57,135 nt of DNA from Candidatus Aminicenantes bacterium (GCA_004377005.1 SOIV01000160.1:1-57135), one strand, 5' to 3'. Numbered from the stretch's first letter, positions 19,004 through 29,401 are shown. A program made the numbers and translations. Notes: generated by a model from the letters alone, not told the origin.

Positions 19004-20251
19004 TCAACTTCCCTGTCCTTTCTTCTCAGGAGGTTGAAACTTCAATAAAACTTCTAGCTGTTGAGCATTTCTGAGAAGACAGAATTTTACTTCATCATCC
19101 CAGTTGAATTCGGCTAAATAGATTCTAAGCTCATTTATGTCAGAGAAGCTCTTTCCATCGACTGAAAGAACGACATCTCCCTTCTCAAAATTTGCATTTT
19201 TAGAAATTCCATCTATTGGTTTACTTTCGATCACCAAATTATCCAGCCTGTCAAATTTCTTAAATCTCAACCCGATGGAAGGAAAAATAGGCATCTTTTC
19301 TTCATTAATGCTCCAAACATAATCTGCAAGACTCCTTGCTACTTTAATGCTCTTTTTCCCTTCAGGGATAACAACACATATAACTGTTTTAAAGGGAAGA
19401 CGATTTTTTTCGTATGCTCGGCGGTTTATCCCCAAATTATAAAGAAGATGACCTGAGCCGACCAGAACAACCATCTTTCGCCCCTCTCTCTCCCGGGACT
19501 GGAGAGCATTGAAAGCCATGACCTCATCCCAGGCAGATTGAGCCCGGTAAAGACCCTCGAATACCATGTCCAGATCTCCACCTTTCATCTGATGAGGGAG
19601 TTCCATTGACTCAAAAATCGTTCGAATAAGGATCCTGTGTTCTTCATGAGAGACGTCAGGCTTGGGAACGGCTTTTTTTTCATCTTCTGATAGCTTACCC
19701 CAACCTTTCATCCTGATTTTTCTGATGATTGCTCTCGGAGCATTCAAGGCATATAGGGGAATTTTATTGTTTTTAGCAAGCTTAAATATCTTTTCATAAA
19801 AGCCAAAGTTGAAATTCCAATTGACATACCATCGAGATTCTCGAATGAACTCGTCCTGGGAAAGAATAGCCATGCTCCATTTATTCAAAGCTTCCTGGAA
19901 ACTGACAGGAAACATCTCCAAGCCAATGGATAAATTTCTATCTTGCTCGTATAATGCCTGAATTATCTTTGATTGAATATCATGCATAGGCAGGCTGTTG
20001 TGAGTTTCTCCTACATAAATGAATTCACTTTCTTTCATCTCCTTAATCATTTTTTGGAAAGAAATATGGCTTCCGGCGCGTGCTGAATAAATTTTTCCTG
20101 CTGAAACGTTAATTGTTTTATCTTTGAGCTTTTTGTCCCCGATCTTGAGAAGCAGGATTTTATCCTCTTCTTCCTGTCCGCAGAGAATGGAAAACGTTAA
20201 AAGAAAAATCGAAATTGCCGTGATTTTTTTAATGGTCATTCTTTCTCTCAC
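19004..20251 (-). CDS. ChaN/Tiki-superfamily (haem-binding-uptake-like) protein with a C-terminal PDZ domain
   Basis: 415 aa with a signal peptide. ChaN-like blocks (YVGETHNS, LSIGLEMF, ALNAPR) and a C-terminal PDZ-like segment (GDVVLSVDGKSF). Confidence 0.7.
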   Translation of the reverse strand: MRERMTIKKITAISIFLLTFSILCGQEEEDKILLLKIGDKKLKDKTINVSAGKIYSARAGSHISFQKMIKEMKESEFIYVGETHNSLPMHDIQSKIIQALYEQDRNLSIGLEMFPVSFQEALNKWSMAILSQDEFIRESRWYVNWNFNFGFYEKIFKLAKNNKIPLYALNAPRAIIRKIRMKGWGKLSEDEKKAVPKPDVSHEEHRILIRTIFESMELPHQMKGGDLDMVFEGLYRAQSAWDEVMAFNALQSREREGRKMVVLVGSGHLLYNLGINRRAYEKNRLPFKTVICVVIPEGKKSIKVARSLADYVWSINEEKMPIFPSIGLRFKKFDRLDNLVIESKPIDGISKNANFEKGDVVLSVDGKSFSDINELRIYLAEFNWDDEVKFCLLRNAQQLEVLLKFQPPEKKGQGS

Positions 20252-20363
20252 TTTATATTTTTTTATGTATCATATCTCCGATTTTTTGTTGATGTCAATT
20301 TACTTATGCGTCTGTTTACATTCCAGCATCTTGAATTTATACTAACGGAAGCAAAATCTTTTT

Positions 20364-21515
20364 ATGAAATACCAAAGCGCAGAACCAAAAAAAACAATCC
20401 GAACATTTGCCCTCGCCTCCTTTCTGAATGACTTAGGCTCTGACATAATCTACCCTGTCTGGCCTCTCTTTGTGACCACAATTTTAAAGGCAAACATGGC
20501 TGTCCTGGGTTTTTTGGACGGGCTCGGAGACGCTCTTGTCTCCATCTCCCAGGCTGGTTCAGGGTATATATCGGACAGAATCAAAAAACGAAAGGTCTTT
20601 ATCTGGACAGGCTATTTGCTTGGAGCCCTCTCAAGACTGGGTTATTCGATCTCAACAATCTGGCCGCATCTCATTCCCTTTAGAGTATTGGATCGTGCGG
20701 GAAAAATCAGAAGCGCTCCACGCGATGCAATAGTAGCTGATGTTTCAACCAAAGAAAACAGGGGCAAAAACTTTGGTCTTTTGAGAGCCATGGATCACCT
20801 GGGCGCAGTGTTTGGTATTCTTATCTGTATTGCACTTTTTAGTTTATTGGGATACCGAATTTTATTTGCCCTGGCAGCCATCCCCTCAGTAGTCAGTGCC
20901 TTCCTTGTTTTTACCTTAATAAAAGAAAGAAAAACTGAGCCTATCAAAATCTACAAAGGAATCTCACTGAAAGATTTGAACAAAAACTTCAGGCTTTTCC
21001 TTGTTTTGAGTTCGCTCTATGCTCTAGGAGCCTTCAGCTATTCTTTTTTACTCATCTACGCCAAAAAATTTGGCTTTAGGCTGTCCTTTGTCCCAGTCCT
21101 TTATTTAATCTTTACGTTCTCTGCCTTTCTTTTTTCTTATCCTTTCGGAAGGCTCTCGGATAAGATAGGAAGAAAATCCGTACTCTTAATCTCTTACCTT
21201 TTCTGGATCGCAGTCTGTCTTATCGTAATTTCCGCACCAAATCGAATGATGATAATACTCGTCTTTATTCTTTATGGAGCTCATAAGGGAGCCTTAGAGC
21301 CTGTGCAAAGAACCTTTGTCTGCGAGCTTGCTCCCCCAGAATTCAGAGCAAGCTGCTTGGGCGGATTCCAGATGATAATCGGTTTATGCGCCCTGCCAGC
21401 TTCCTTTGTCGCAGGAGTGCTCTGGGATACACTCGGTATTCTTGTCCCCTTCTATCTTTCACTCATTCTTACAATTATATCGGGAACTATGCTCCTTTTT
21501 GTAAAAAGACGTTAG
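20364..21515 (+). CDS. MFS transporter
   Basis: 383 aa with about 10-12 hydrophobic segments and an MFS loop motif (GRLSDKIGRK). Confidence 0.8.
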   Translation: MKYQSAEPKKTIRTFALASFLNDLGSDIIYPVWPLFVTTILKANMAVLGFLDGLGDALVSISQAGSGYISDRIKKRKVFIWTGYLLGALSRLGYSISTIWPHLIPFRVLDRAGKIRSAPRDAIVADVSTKENRGKNFGLLRAMDHLGAVFGILICIALFSLLGYRILFALAAIPSVVSAFLVFTLIKERKTEPIKIYKGISLKDLNKNFRLFLVLSSLYALGAFSYSFLLIYAKKFGFRLSFVPVLYLIFTFSAFLFSYPFGRLSDKIGRKSVLLISYLFWIAVCLIVISAPNRMMIILVFILYGAHKGALEPVQRTFVCELAPPEFRASCLGGFQMIIGLCALPASFVAGVLWDTLGILVPFYLSLILTIISGTMLLFVKRR

Positions 21516-21601
21516 TCCACGACTCATCTCATGATTTTTACAATTCAGAATATTATTTTGGCTCCCTTGCTTTGCAAACTCATAAAAATGGTTTTGCTTA
21601 T

Positions 21602-23689
21602 TTATTCTTCTTCCTCTTCTGGTTTAATCCGGCCTTCTTTGATGGCCTCTTTAATGACTTTTTGATGAAGATGGATTGGAACTTCTTCGTAATGAGAAAA
21701 TTCCATGATAAAGGATCCCCTGCCCCCAGTGATTGATGTGAGGGTAGGTTCAAAATCCAACATTTCGGCCATGGGAGCCTGGGCTTTTATGATGCGCAAA
21801 TTTCCCCTCTGCTCCATACCCTGAACCTTCCCTCTCCGCCCGTTAAGGTTTCCCATGATGTCTCCCATGTAGGCTTCGGGCGTGTAGACTTCAATATTCA
21901 TGAGAGGCTCAAGCAGTGTTGACTTTGCTTCTTTCATCCCTTTTTTAAAAGCCATAGAGGCAGCAACCTTGAAGGCGATATCGGAAGAGTCAACATCATG
22001 GTAAGTGCCATCATACAGGATTACCTTAAAATCAATAACGGGATAACCAGCTATCACACCTTTTTTTCGCGCTTCTTGAATTCCTTTCTCGATAGAAGGA
22101 ATGTAGTTTTTAGGAATAGACCCTCCGAATATTTTATCAACAAATTCAAAATCCTTTCCTTTGGGGAGAGGCTCCATTTTTATCCTAACGTCTCCATACT
22201 GCCCGCGGCCTCCTGTCTGCTTCTTATACTTACCCTGAACATCTGATTTTCCCTTAATGGTTTCCTTGTAAGGTATTTTAGGAGGCTTGAGCTCGACATC
22301 TACATTATATCTCTTTTTTAACCGATTGATAATGATCTCCACATGGAGCTGGCCGTTCCCAGAAATGATTAATTCGTTTGTTTGGGGCTCCCTTTCAATT
22401 CTTACGGTGGGGTCCTCTTCTGTAATCCGGTGAATTGCCTGGGAAATTCTATCCTCATCTGCACGGGTTTTGGGTTCAATGGCAAAAGAGATAGATGGCT
22501 CGGGAAATCCGATAGGAAAAAATTCAACAGAACTCCCCTTGGCACAAAGTGTATCTCCTGTTGAGGTTTCTTTTAATTTAGCCGTGGCTACAATATCACC
22601 AGCTTTAGCCTGCCCTGCTGGTATCTGTTCCTTTCCTTGAAGGAAAAAAAGTCCTCCCAGCTTTTCAGCCCCATCCTTACTGGAATTCATTACAGTTGAA
22701 TCCGGGTTTACTCTTCCGGAGAAAACTCTCAATAAGGAAATTCTTCCGGTGTAGGGATCGGAAATTGTTTTAAAAACTAGAGCAGAGAAAGGCTGGTCAA
22801 GAGAAAGCTTAACAGTTCCCTTCTCTCCTTCTATTTCTCCTCTCTCAAGAGCAGAAGGCAAGAAATTCACAATTCCGTCAAGGATAGGTTGAGTTCCTAT
22901 GTTTAAGAGGGCAGACGCAATAAAGATGGGAAATATCTGCCTGTTGAGTATACTTCTCCTAAGGCCCTCAATGAGCTCCTCAGGAGAAAGCTCTCCTTTT
23001 TCAAAATATTTTTCCATCAATTGCTCATCGTTTTCGGCAACCATCTCTGTCAGTTCTTCAATCTTCTTGTCAGCTTCCTCTTTTAAGTCTGAAGGAATCT
23101 CTTCTTCTTTGAATTTTCCGCTTTCATTCTTTTCAAAAATGTAAGCCTTTCTGCTGATTAAATCCACAACTCCAGTAAACTTTTCCTCTTCTCCAATCGG
23201 GAGCTGAATTGGAACAGCTTGGCGACCGAAAGCTTGGCGGATGGATTCTACAGTTCGTTTATAGCTAGAGTTTTCCCGGTCTAATTTATTGATGATAAGG
23301 GTTCGAGGAAGGTTAAACTCTTTGAGCATTTCCCACACTTTTTCTGTTCCGACCTCGATACCTGCTACTCCACAGATCACAACCACTCCTGAATCCACTG
23401 CTCTCAAGCTCGCTCTTGTATCCCAGAGGAAATTAGTATAACCAGGACAATCCACAATATTAATCTTGTGGCCATTCCACTCTAAAAAACAGACAGCCGA
23501 ATTGATAGAAATATTTCTTTCTATTTCATCTGGATCATAATCAGTCACCGTATTGCCTTTCTCAACTTTTGTAAATCTGGTTGTTACCTTCGAATTAAAC
23601 AAGAAGGCGGACGTCAGTGAGGTTTTCCCTGAAGATCCATGACCGATGATTGCAATATTCCTGATTTTATCTACAGTATAATCTTTCAT
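21602..23689 (-). CDS. Elongation factor G paralogue (EF-G2-like GTPase)
   Basis: 695 aa with the full EF-G domain order, DCPG (G3) and NKLD (G4) motifs. The P-loop is GHGSSGKT rather than the canonical AHIDAGKT, and the gene is not in an rpsL-rpsG-fusA context. Confidence 0.85.
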   Translation of the reverse strand: MKDYTVDKIRNIAIIGHGSSGKTSLTSAFLFNSKVTTRFTKVEKGNTVTDYDPDEIERNISINSAVCFLEWNGHKINIVDCPGYTNFLWDTRASLRAVDSGVVVICGVAGIEVGTEKVWEMLKEFNLPRTLIINKLDRENSSYKRTVESIRQAFGRQAVPIQLPIGEEEKFTGVVDLISRKAYIFEKNESGKFKEEEIPSDLKEEADKKIEELTEMVAENDEQLMEKYFEKGELSPEELIEGLRRSILNRQIFPIFIASALLNIGTQPILDGIVNFLPSALERGEIEGEKGTVKLSLDQPFSALVFKTISDPYTGRISLLRVFSGRVNPDSTVMNSSKDGAEKLGGLFFLQGKEQIPAGQAKAGDIVATAKLKETSTGDTLCAKGSSVEFFPIGFPEPSISFAIEPKTRADEDRISQAIHRITEEDPTVRIEREPQTNELIISGNGQLHVEIIINRLKKRYNVDVELKPPKIPYKETIKGKSDVQGKYKKQTGGRGQYGDVRIKMEPLPKGKDFEFVDKIFGGSIPKNYIPSIEKGIQEARKKGVIAGYPVIDFKVILYDGTYHDVDSSDIAFKVAASMAFKKGMKEAKSTLLEPLMNIEVYTPEAYMGDIMGNLNGRRGKVQGMEQRGNLRIIKAQAPMAEMLDFEPTLTSITGGRGSFIMEFSHYEEVPIHLHQKVIKEAIKEGRIKPEEEEE

Positions 23690-23810
23690 TTTGGAGCCTC
23701 CCTAGAAATACTAGATTCGATTCGTAATAATTTATATTTTCGGCTTCTTTTGAAAAATGACAACGGATATAATACAACAAAAATCCCCTTCTTCTCAAGA
23801 TAAAAAAAGT

Positions 23811-24203
23811 AAAAAAAGGGGACAGCTCTTTATTCTCGGTAATTAGGCCACACTTTCTGTGATGATATATAAAATAATAGTGTCATTGCGGGCGACCAAA
23901 GGGAGTATGGCAATCCGTCGTTGCGAGCGAAGCGCGGCAATTTCAACCTTTTATTATGAGATTACCGCGTCGCTACGCTCCTCGCAATCAGACTGGGTCA
24001 CAATTCAAAAATATGAAAAAGTTTGATAAAAATTTCCCATTTAAGGCTATAATTAAGGTGAACAAGCATTTTAGATACTCTTTTTTAGGTAGAATGTTTT
24101 GTTTGTTTCCCATTTTAAATCTGGCAATTAATTGCGACACAGTCTGAATGACATCATAAAAGTGTTACCGAATTATTGAGCTAGTACACCTGTCCCCTTT
24201 TTT
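23811..24203. repeat. About 390-bp nested inverted-repeat element of the 'AAAAAAGGGGACAG' family
   Basis: The outer arms AAAAAAAGGGGACAG... (23811-) and ...CTGTCCCCTTTTTT (-24203) extend as imperfect inverted repeats of about 65 nt. An inner inverted repeat pairs CGTTGCGAGCGAAGCGCGGCAAT with ATTACCGCGTCGCTACGCTCCTCGCAAT. The right arm supplies the last codons of rluD. Confidence 0.7.
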
Positions 24204-25122
24204 CCTTGTTTTCTTCCAGCTTGTCTAAAAAACTTTTTAAATCTTGCGGCAAGGGAGAAGAAAATTCCACCTTCTCTTGTGTCTCAGGGTGGATAAACGA
24301 AAGACAAGAGGCATGAAGGAAAAGACGTGGAAAGCTTGGCTTTGACTTTCGACGCCCATAACGGGTATCACCTGCTAAAGGATGGCCAGAGGCAGCCATG
24401 TGGACTCTTATCTGATGAGTCCTTCCTGTGAGCGGTTTTATTTCCAGGAGCGAAAATTTTTCATATTCTTTCTGGACAGAGTAGTAAGTCTCGGCCTCCC
24501 TTGGTTTTTTGGTTTTCACCGAAATCCTCTCTCCATGCTTTACATGGCGTCCTATAGGCCAACTCATTTTCCCTTTTTTTTCGGGCATTCTTCCCCATAT
24601 AAGCCCCAGATAGGTCTTTTCCACTTCCCTCTTTCTGAATTGCTGCTGGAGCAGCTCATAAGCTTTTAGGTTTCTGGCGACAACCATCAATCCTGATGTT
24701 TCCTTATCCAAACGATGGACGATTCCTGGCCTCTCTTCTGGGCCAACTTCCTTGAGATCCGGAAAACGGTAAAGTAAAGCATTGATAAGAGTATGATGCC
24801 TCTTCCCTGCTCCAGGGTGAACGATCATCCCTGAATGTTTATCAATAATTGCTATATGATCATCGCTGTAAAGCACATCTATAGGGATGTTTTCGGATTG
24901 AATCTCTTGAGGCTTGGCAAGTTCATATTCTATCTCCACCTTCTCACCCGGTTTCAACTTATAGCTTGACTTTCTGGCAATCCCGTCGACCTTGACCCTC
25001 CTCTCCTCAATGAATCTTTGAACCTGAGATCGTGTCAGTTCATTGATTCTCTCGGATAGGAAAACATCCAGCCTCTGATTTAATCCGGACAAGGGAGCAG
25101 TCAGGAATTCTCTTTTAGGCAC
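24181..25122 (-). CDS. rluD: 23S rRNA pseudouridine synthase, RluD/RluA family
   Basis: 313 aa with an N-terminal S4 domain and the catalytic HRLDKETSGL motif. It overlaps lgt by 8 nt. Confidence 0.9.
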   Translation of the reverse strand: MPKREFLTAPLSGLNQRLDVFLSERINELTRSQVQRFIEERRVKVDGIARKSSYKLKPGEKVEIEYELAKPQEIQSENIPIDVLYSDDHIAIIDKHSGMIVHPGAGKRHHTLINALLYRFPDLKEVGPEERPGIVHRLDKETSGLMVVARNLKAYELLQQQFRKREVEKTYLGLIWGRMPEKKGKMSWPIGRHVKHGERISVKTKKPREAETYYSVQKEYEKFSLLEIKPLTGRTHQIRVHMAASGHPLAGDTRYGRRKSKPSFPRLFLHASCLSFIHPETQEKVEFSSPLPQDLKSFLDKLEENKEKRGQVY

Positions 25123-25912
25123 TTTTCCTTTTTCTCAGGATGAGAAGCAGAGTCACTCCGGCAATCAAGCCTAAAATGCAAAAAAGCTGGGGGACAGAAA
25201 GGCTGAGGTATGGAGAGGGATTGTGGAAGATGAAGGCCTTTGTAGGATGATCGCCCCGATAAAATTCAACAATATACCTTATTATGGAATAATTTATGAT
25301 ATAGAAGGAAAAAACCTGCCCATCAAATCTTTTCTTCCTCAGGATAAGAAATAAAACAAAAAAGTTCAGAAAATTCAAAGCAGACTCATAAAGCTGAGTT
25401 GGATGAAGAGGAATTCCGAGGGGAACGCCTGTTAGGTCACTGGCATATTTATTGTTAAAAATCACTCCCCAGAGTAGAGATGATTCCGTTCCATAACAGC
25501 ACCCTGCACTGAAACAGCCAATTCGGCCAAACCCATGCCCCAAAGCTAAAGCTGGCCCGACAATATCAGCTGCTTTCCAGGTGGGAATCTTATGTCTCCG
25601 AAAATACCAGAGAGCAAAAATAATCCCAAAAGTGAGTCCGCCCTGAAAAACACCTCCTGAACGCGCCAAGCTTAGAAGCTCCCGCCAGTAACGCATATAA
25701 TAGGAGAAATTTCCGACAAGAAGAATAAGTTTGGCCCCGATTAAAGAAACAATGATTGTGTAGAAAGCCATATCTATGATTTTCGAGCTGGGAAGGTTCT
25801 GTTTTTTAGACTGGACGAAAAGAAACAACAGGGCACAAGCAACTCCCACTGCCATCATAAGCCCATAGGTATGAATGGTTATCGGACCTATCTTTAAGAT
25901 TATAGGGAACAT
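25115..25912 (-). CDS. lgt: Prolipoprotein diacylglyceryl transferase
   Basis: 265 aa polytopic membrane protein with Lgt blocks (HTYGLMMA, GRIGCF, HPTQLYE). It overlaps lspA by 13 nt. Confidence 0.9.
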   Translation of the reverse strand: MFPIILKIGPITIHTYGLMMAVGVACALLFLFVQSKKQNLPSSKIIDMAFYTIIVSLIGAKLILLVGNFSYYMRYWRELLSLARSGGVFQGGLTFGIIFALWYFRRHKIPTWKAADIVGPALALGHGFGRIGCFSAGCCYGTESSLLWGVIFNNKYASDLTGVPLGIPLHPTQLYESALNFLNFFVLFLILRKKRFDGQVFSFYIINYSIIRYIVEFYRGDHPTKAFIFHNPSPYLSLSVPQLFCILGLIAGVTLLLILRKRKSA

Positions 25913-26388
25913 TTTAGCCCTTTTCTAAAAAAGAATATAAAAATAATAAAAAAAGCACCAATAGTTATACTGGCATCAGAAATGTTAAAGGATGGCCAGT
26001 GCCATTTTTTTACATAGAAATCCAGAAAATCTATCACATACCCCCTGAAGATTCTATCTATCATGTTACCTAGAGCTCCTGCCAGGATAAGAGATAGCGA
26101 AATTAACATAAGCCTCTCTGAAGTCGGAGTCTTGAAAAAATAAAAGACAACAAAAACCAAAGCTGCCAAAGAGGCCAGCGTTAGCATTACATAGATAAGC
26201 TGGTTTCCAGATTGAGAAAAAAAACCAAAGATTGCTCCGCGGTTTCTTATATGAGTGAGATTAAAAAAACCGGGAATAATGATTTTACTGTTCAAAAAAG
26301 GTATCTTTTGGGCTACGATCGCCTTAGTCAGCTGGTCAGCAGCAAGCAAGATGAGAATGAATAAAAAATAGAATATTCTGCGGTTCAT
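25900..26388 (-). CDS. lspA: Lipoprotein signal peptidase (signal peptidase II)
   Basis: 162 aa, four TM segments, motifs NRGAIFG and FNISD. It sits in the conserved ileS-lspA arrangement and overlaps ileS by 4 nt. Confidence 0.9.
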   Translation of the reverse strand: MNRRIFYFLFILILLAADQLTKAIVAQKIPFLNSKIIIPGFFNLTHIRNRGAIFGFFSQSGNQLIYVMLTLASLAALVFVVFYFFKTPTSERLMLISLSLILAGALGNMIDRIFRGYVIDFLDFYVKKWHWPSFNISDASITIGAFFIIFIFFFRKGLKCSL

Positions 26389-29162
26389 GAATTCATCGCC
26401 TTAACCACTTCCTCGCAACGCTTACAGAAGTGGGGATATTCAGAGCTTTTTCCTACATATGGAGAAAAATTCCAGCATCTCTGGCATTTTACCCCAGGAG
26501 CCTTTGATACCTCTGCCTCTAACTCTTCGCCAGATTGCGATTGAAGTTCCACAGCCGAAACAATAAAAAGTGAGGGCAACTCCTTTTTGTACTTTTTCAA
26601 AAGTTCCTGTTGAGAAGAGGGAACTCTTAGGACTACGCTTGCCCCCAGAGAATTCCCGATGCGTTCTACTTCTCTTGCTATCTCAAGCTCTTTAAGGACT
26701 TTCTCTCTAGCGAGTAACAGACTCTCACCTTCTTCAAACAAAGCATCATCTAGCCATTTCTCCTTGAATGCCGGAAATTCCTCTAAATGAATGGACTCCT
26801 CTTTTCCCTTAAAGGCAGGCATAATATCCCATACCTCTTCTGTTGTAAAAGGCAAAATCGGAGCCATCAACGCCAGCGTGGATTTAAGCAGATTAAAGAG
26901 AGCTGTTTGAGCTGATCTTCGAAGCAGTGATTTTTTACCGGAACAATAGAGCCTATCCTTGAGTACATCCAAGTAAAAAGAACTCAACTCTACAGTGAAG
27001 AAATTGTAGATAGTATGAAAGATAATATGATACTCATAATTCTCGTAGGCTTTAAGGATCTTTTTCCCTGTCCTGAAACATTTTTCCAGCATCCATCTAT
27101 CCAAAAACTCCATCTCTTGAGGAGTAACACTCTCTTCATCTGGAGAAAAGTCGTTAATATTCCCCAGGATAAATCTCCACGTATTTCTGATCTTGCGGTA
27201 AGCTTCAACAAGCCTCTGCAAGGTCTCCTGTCCGAAACGCGCATCTTCTTTGTAATTGAGCATCGCTACCCAAAGCCTAAGGATTTCGGCTCCATTTTGA
27301 GAAATGATTTCTTCAGGGTCGATGAAATTTCCAAGGGATTTAGACATTCCCCTTCCGTGCTCATCCAGGACAAAGCCATGGGTTATGACGGACTTGTATG
27401 GAGAAGCCTTTTTTGCAGCAACTCCCACGAAAAGCGAGCTGTTGAACCAACCTCTGTATTGGTCATGACCCTCCACATAGACGTCCGCTGGCCAGGGTAG
27501 ATCACTCCTTCTTCCCAAAACATTATGGCTTGCTCCAGATTCAAACCAAACATCAAGTATGTTTTCTTCTTTATTGAATTTATTTGAACCGCATTGAGGA
27601 CATTTTGAATTTGGAGGAAGAAGTTCTTCTGCTTTTTTTGCGAACCAGGAGTCAGAACCATTTTTCGAAAAGATGTCTGCAATCCTGAGAGTTATTTTTT
27701 CGTCAGCAAGAATGTGTCCACAATCATGGCAGTAAAATGCCGGAATGGGGATACCCCAGGACCGCTGCCTGGAAATACACCAGTCTGGTCGAGCTTTCAC
27801 CATGTTAGCGATTCTCTCCTCTCCCCAGGGGGGAATCCAGCGAACCTTCTTTATCTCCTTCATCGCCTTTTCCCTCAAATCATTTTTATCCATGGAGATG
27901 AACCACTGTGCCGTTGCTCGAAAAATCACAGGATTCTTGCACCGCCAGCAATGGGGATAGGAATGGACAATCTCATCTTCTTTCAAAAGAGTGCCGTCTC
28001 TCTTCATATCCTCAGTAATAGATTTATTGGCTTCAAAGACATTCAACCCCCCGTATTTTTCGACCTGGGGAATAAACTTTCCTTCGCTATCCACAGGAGT
28101 ATAGATATCAAGACCATAAGCTATTCCTGTCAGATAATCTTCATGACCGTGGCCGGGAGCAGTATGAACACAGCCTGTACCCTGGTCAAGAGTTACATAA
28201 TCAGCCAAAACAAAAACAGACTCTCTATCAATAAAGGGATGACGAGCTTTGAAACCCTCCATATCTTTTCCGAAAAAAGTCATAAGAATTTTAGTCTTTT
28301 TGAATCCCAACTCTTCAGCAAGAACAGGGATCAACCGTTTGGCCGCAATATAGACTTCTCCGTCGGTCTGGAAAGCAGCATATTCATAGTTCGGATGAAA
28401 AGCTATGGCCAGATTTGCGGGCAAGGTCCAGGGAGTTGTGGTCCAGATTAGGACAAAGACTTTTTTCGTCATTAACGCAGGAAATTTTTTGGAAAGATCT
28501 GAAATCATAGGAAATTTTACATAGATAGAAGGAGACTTACGGTCTTCATACTCTATTTCAGCTTCAGCTAGTGCTGTCTGGCAGTGGGGACACCAATGAA
28601 CAGGTCTCTTTCCTTTGTAAACATTCCCTGAAGCAAAAAAGGCAGCCAGATAACGAATGACTTCCCCTTCATACTCGGGGTTCATGGTTAGATAAGGCTT
28701 TTCCCATTCGCCAAAAACTCCTAACCTTTTGAATTGGGCTCTCTGGATATCAACGTATTTAAGTGCATACTTTTTACATTCTTCCCTAATTTTTAGGATA
28801 GAAAGTTCTCTCTTCTTTTTTCCTAAGAGTTGGTCTACTTTTATCTCGATAGGAAGACCGTGGCAATCCCATCCTGGTAAATAAGGAGATTTGAAGCCCT
28901 GCATGGTTTTTGTCTTGACGATGAAATCCTTTAAAATCTTGTTCATCGCAGTTCCCAGATGAATACTCCCGTTGGCATATGGGGGGCCGTCATGCAGAAC
29001 AAACGAAGGGCTCTTCTCTCTCTTCTTCTGAATTTTCTGATAAAGATCCATTTCCTCCCATTTTTTAATAAGCTCAGGCTCTTTTTGCGAGAGCTTTGCC
29101 TTCATAGAAAAAGACGTCTTCGGGAGGTTTAAAGTATCTTTTATCTTCTCACCGTCTGCCAT
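26385..29162 (-). CDS. ileS: Isoleucyl-tRNA synthetase
   Basis: 925 aa with a HIGH-type motif (PYANGSIHLGT), KMSKS (GMSKSLGN), and a C-terminal Zn-finger (CPQCG, CQRCW...CKRC). Confidence 0.95.
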   Translation of the reverse strand: MADGEKIKDTLNLPKTSFSMKAKLSQKEPELIKKWEEMDLYQKIQKKREKSPSFVLHDGPPYANGSIHLGTAMNKILKDFIVKTKTMQGFKSPYLPGWDCHGLPIEIKVDQLLGKKKRELSILKIREECKKYALKYVDIQRAQFKRLGVFGEWEKPYLTMNPEYEGEVIRYLAAFFASGNVYKGKRPVHWCPHCQTALAEAEIEYEDRKSPSIYVKFPMISDLSKKFPALMTKKVFVLIWTTTPWTLPANLAIAFHPNYEYAAFQTDGEVYIAAKRLIPVLAEELGFKKTKILMTFFGKDMEGFKARHPFIDRESVFVLADYVTLDQGTGCVHTAPGHGHEDYLTGIAYGLDIYTPVDSEGKFIPQVEKYGGLNVFEANKSITEDMKRDGTLLKEDEIVHSYPHCWRCKNPVIFRATAQWFISMDKNDLREKAMKEIKKVRWIPPWGEERIANMVKARPDWCISRQRSWGIPIPAFYCHDCGHILADEKITLRIADIFSKNGSDSWFAKKAEELLPPNSKCPQCGSNKFNKEENILDVWFESGASHNVLGRRSDLPWPADVYVEGHDQYRGWFNSSLFVGVAAKKASPYKSVITHGFVLDEHGRGMSKSLGNFIDPEEIISQNGAEILRLWVAMLNYKEDARFGQETLQRLVEAYRKIRNTWRFILGNINDFSPDEESVTPQEMEFLDRWMLEKCFRTGKKILKAYENYEYHIIFHTIYNFFTVELSSFYLDVLKDRLYCSGKKSLLRRSAQTALFNLLKSTLALMAPILPFTTEEVWDIMPAFKGKEESIHLEEFPAFKEKWLDDALFEEGESLLLAREKVLKELEIAREVERIGNSLGASVVLRVPSSQQELLKKYKKELPSLFIVSAVELQSQSGEELEAEVSKAPGVKCQRCWNFSPYVGKSSEYPHFCKRCEEVVKAMNS

Positions 29163-29401
29163 GATTTTCTCCAGCTCGCATCTTTTTAATTTCCTATTAT
29201 AAAATAAGTTATTTTATTTCTCTACACCAAAAAGTCAATCCACGGATTAATGTTTTAAGCACTTCCAATTCCGTGATTAGAGGAGGGTTTGCCTCCAATA
29301 CAGCGAATATCCATCACGCATTTGGAGACACTTCCCTTCAGACTTTATAAATTTTTCATGCCTGTTTGACGGAAAATTAATAACAGTACAGAAAGACAGA
29401 G

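Noticed and set aside
23956-24147. 63-aa ORF beginning MRLPRRYAPRNQT
   Set aside because: It is encoded by the arms of the nested inverted repeat (CGCGTCGCTACGCTCCTCGCAAT), so the peptide is an artefact of translating a palindromic repeat.
27714-28451. 245-aa ORF, along with others such as 27015-27500, 33522-34139, 36369-36842, 41853-42416 and 42250-42642, lying antisense to or overlapping long genes
   Set aside because: They lie entirely within strongly supported genes (ileS, the B12-fusion gene, pmbA, RND) on the opposite strand or in another frame. They have no recognisable motifs and their composition is skewed. These are typical shadow ORFs.
29163-29401. T-box or other leader upstream of ileS
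   Set aside because: Hairpins are present (for example GGAGGCAAACCCTCC, and CACGGA...TCCGTG). However, I could not find the conserved T-box sequence or a specifier-loop arrangement, so there is no supportable call.
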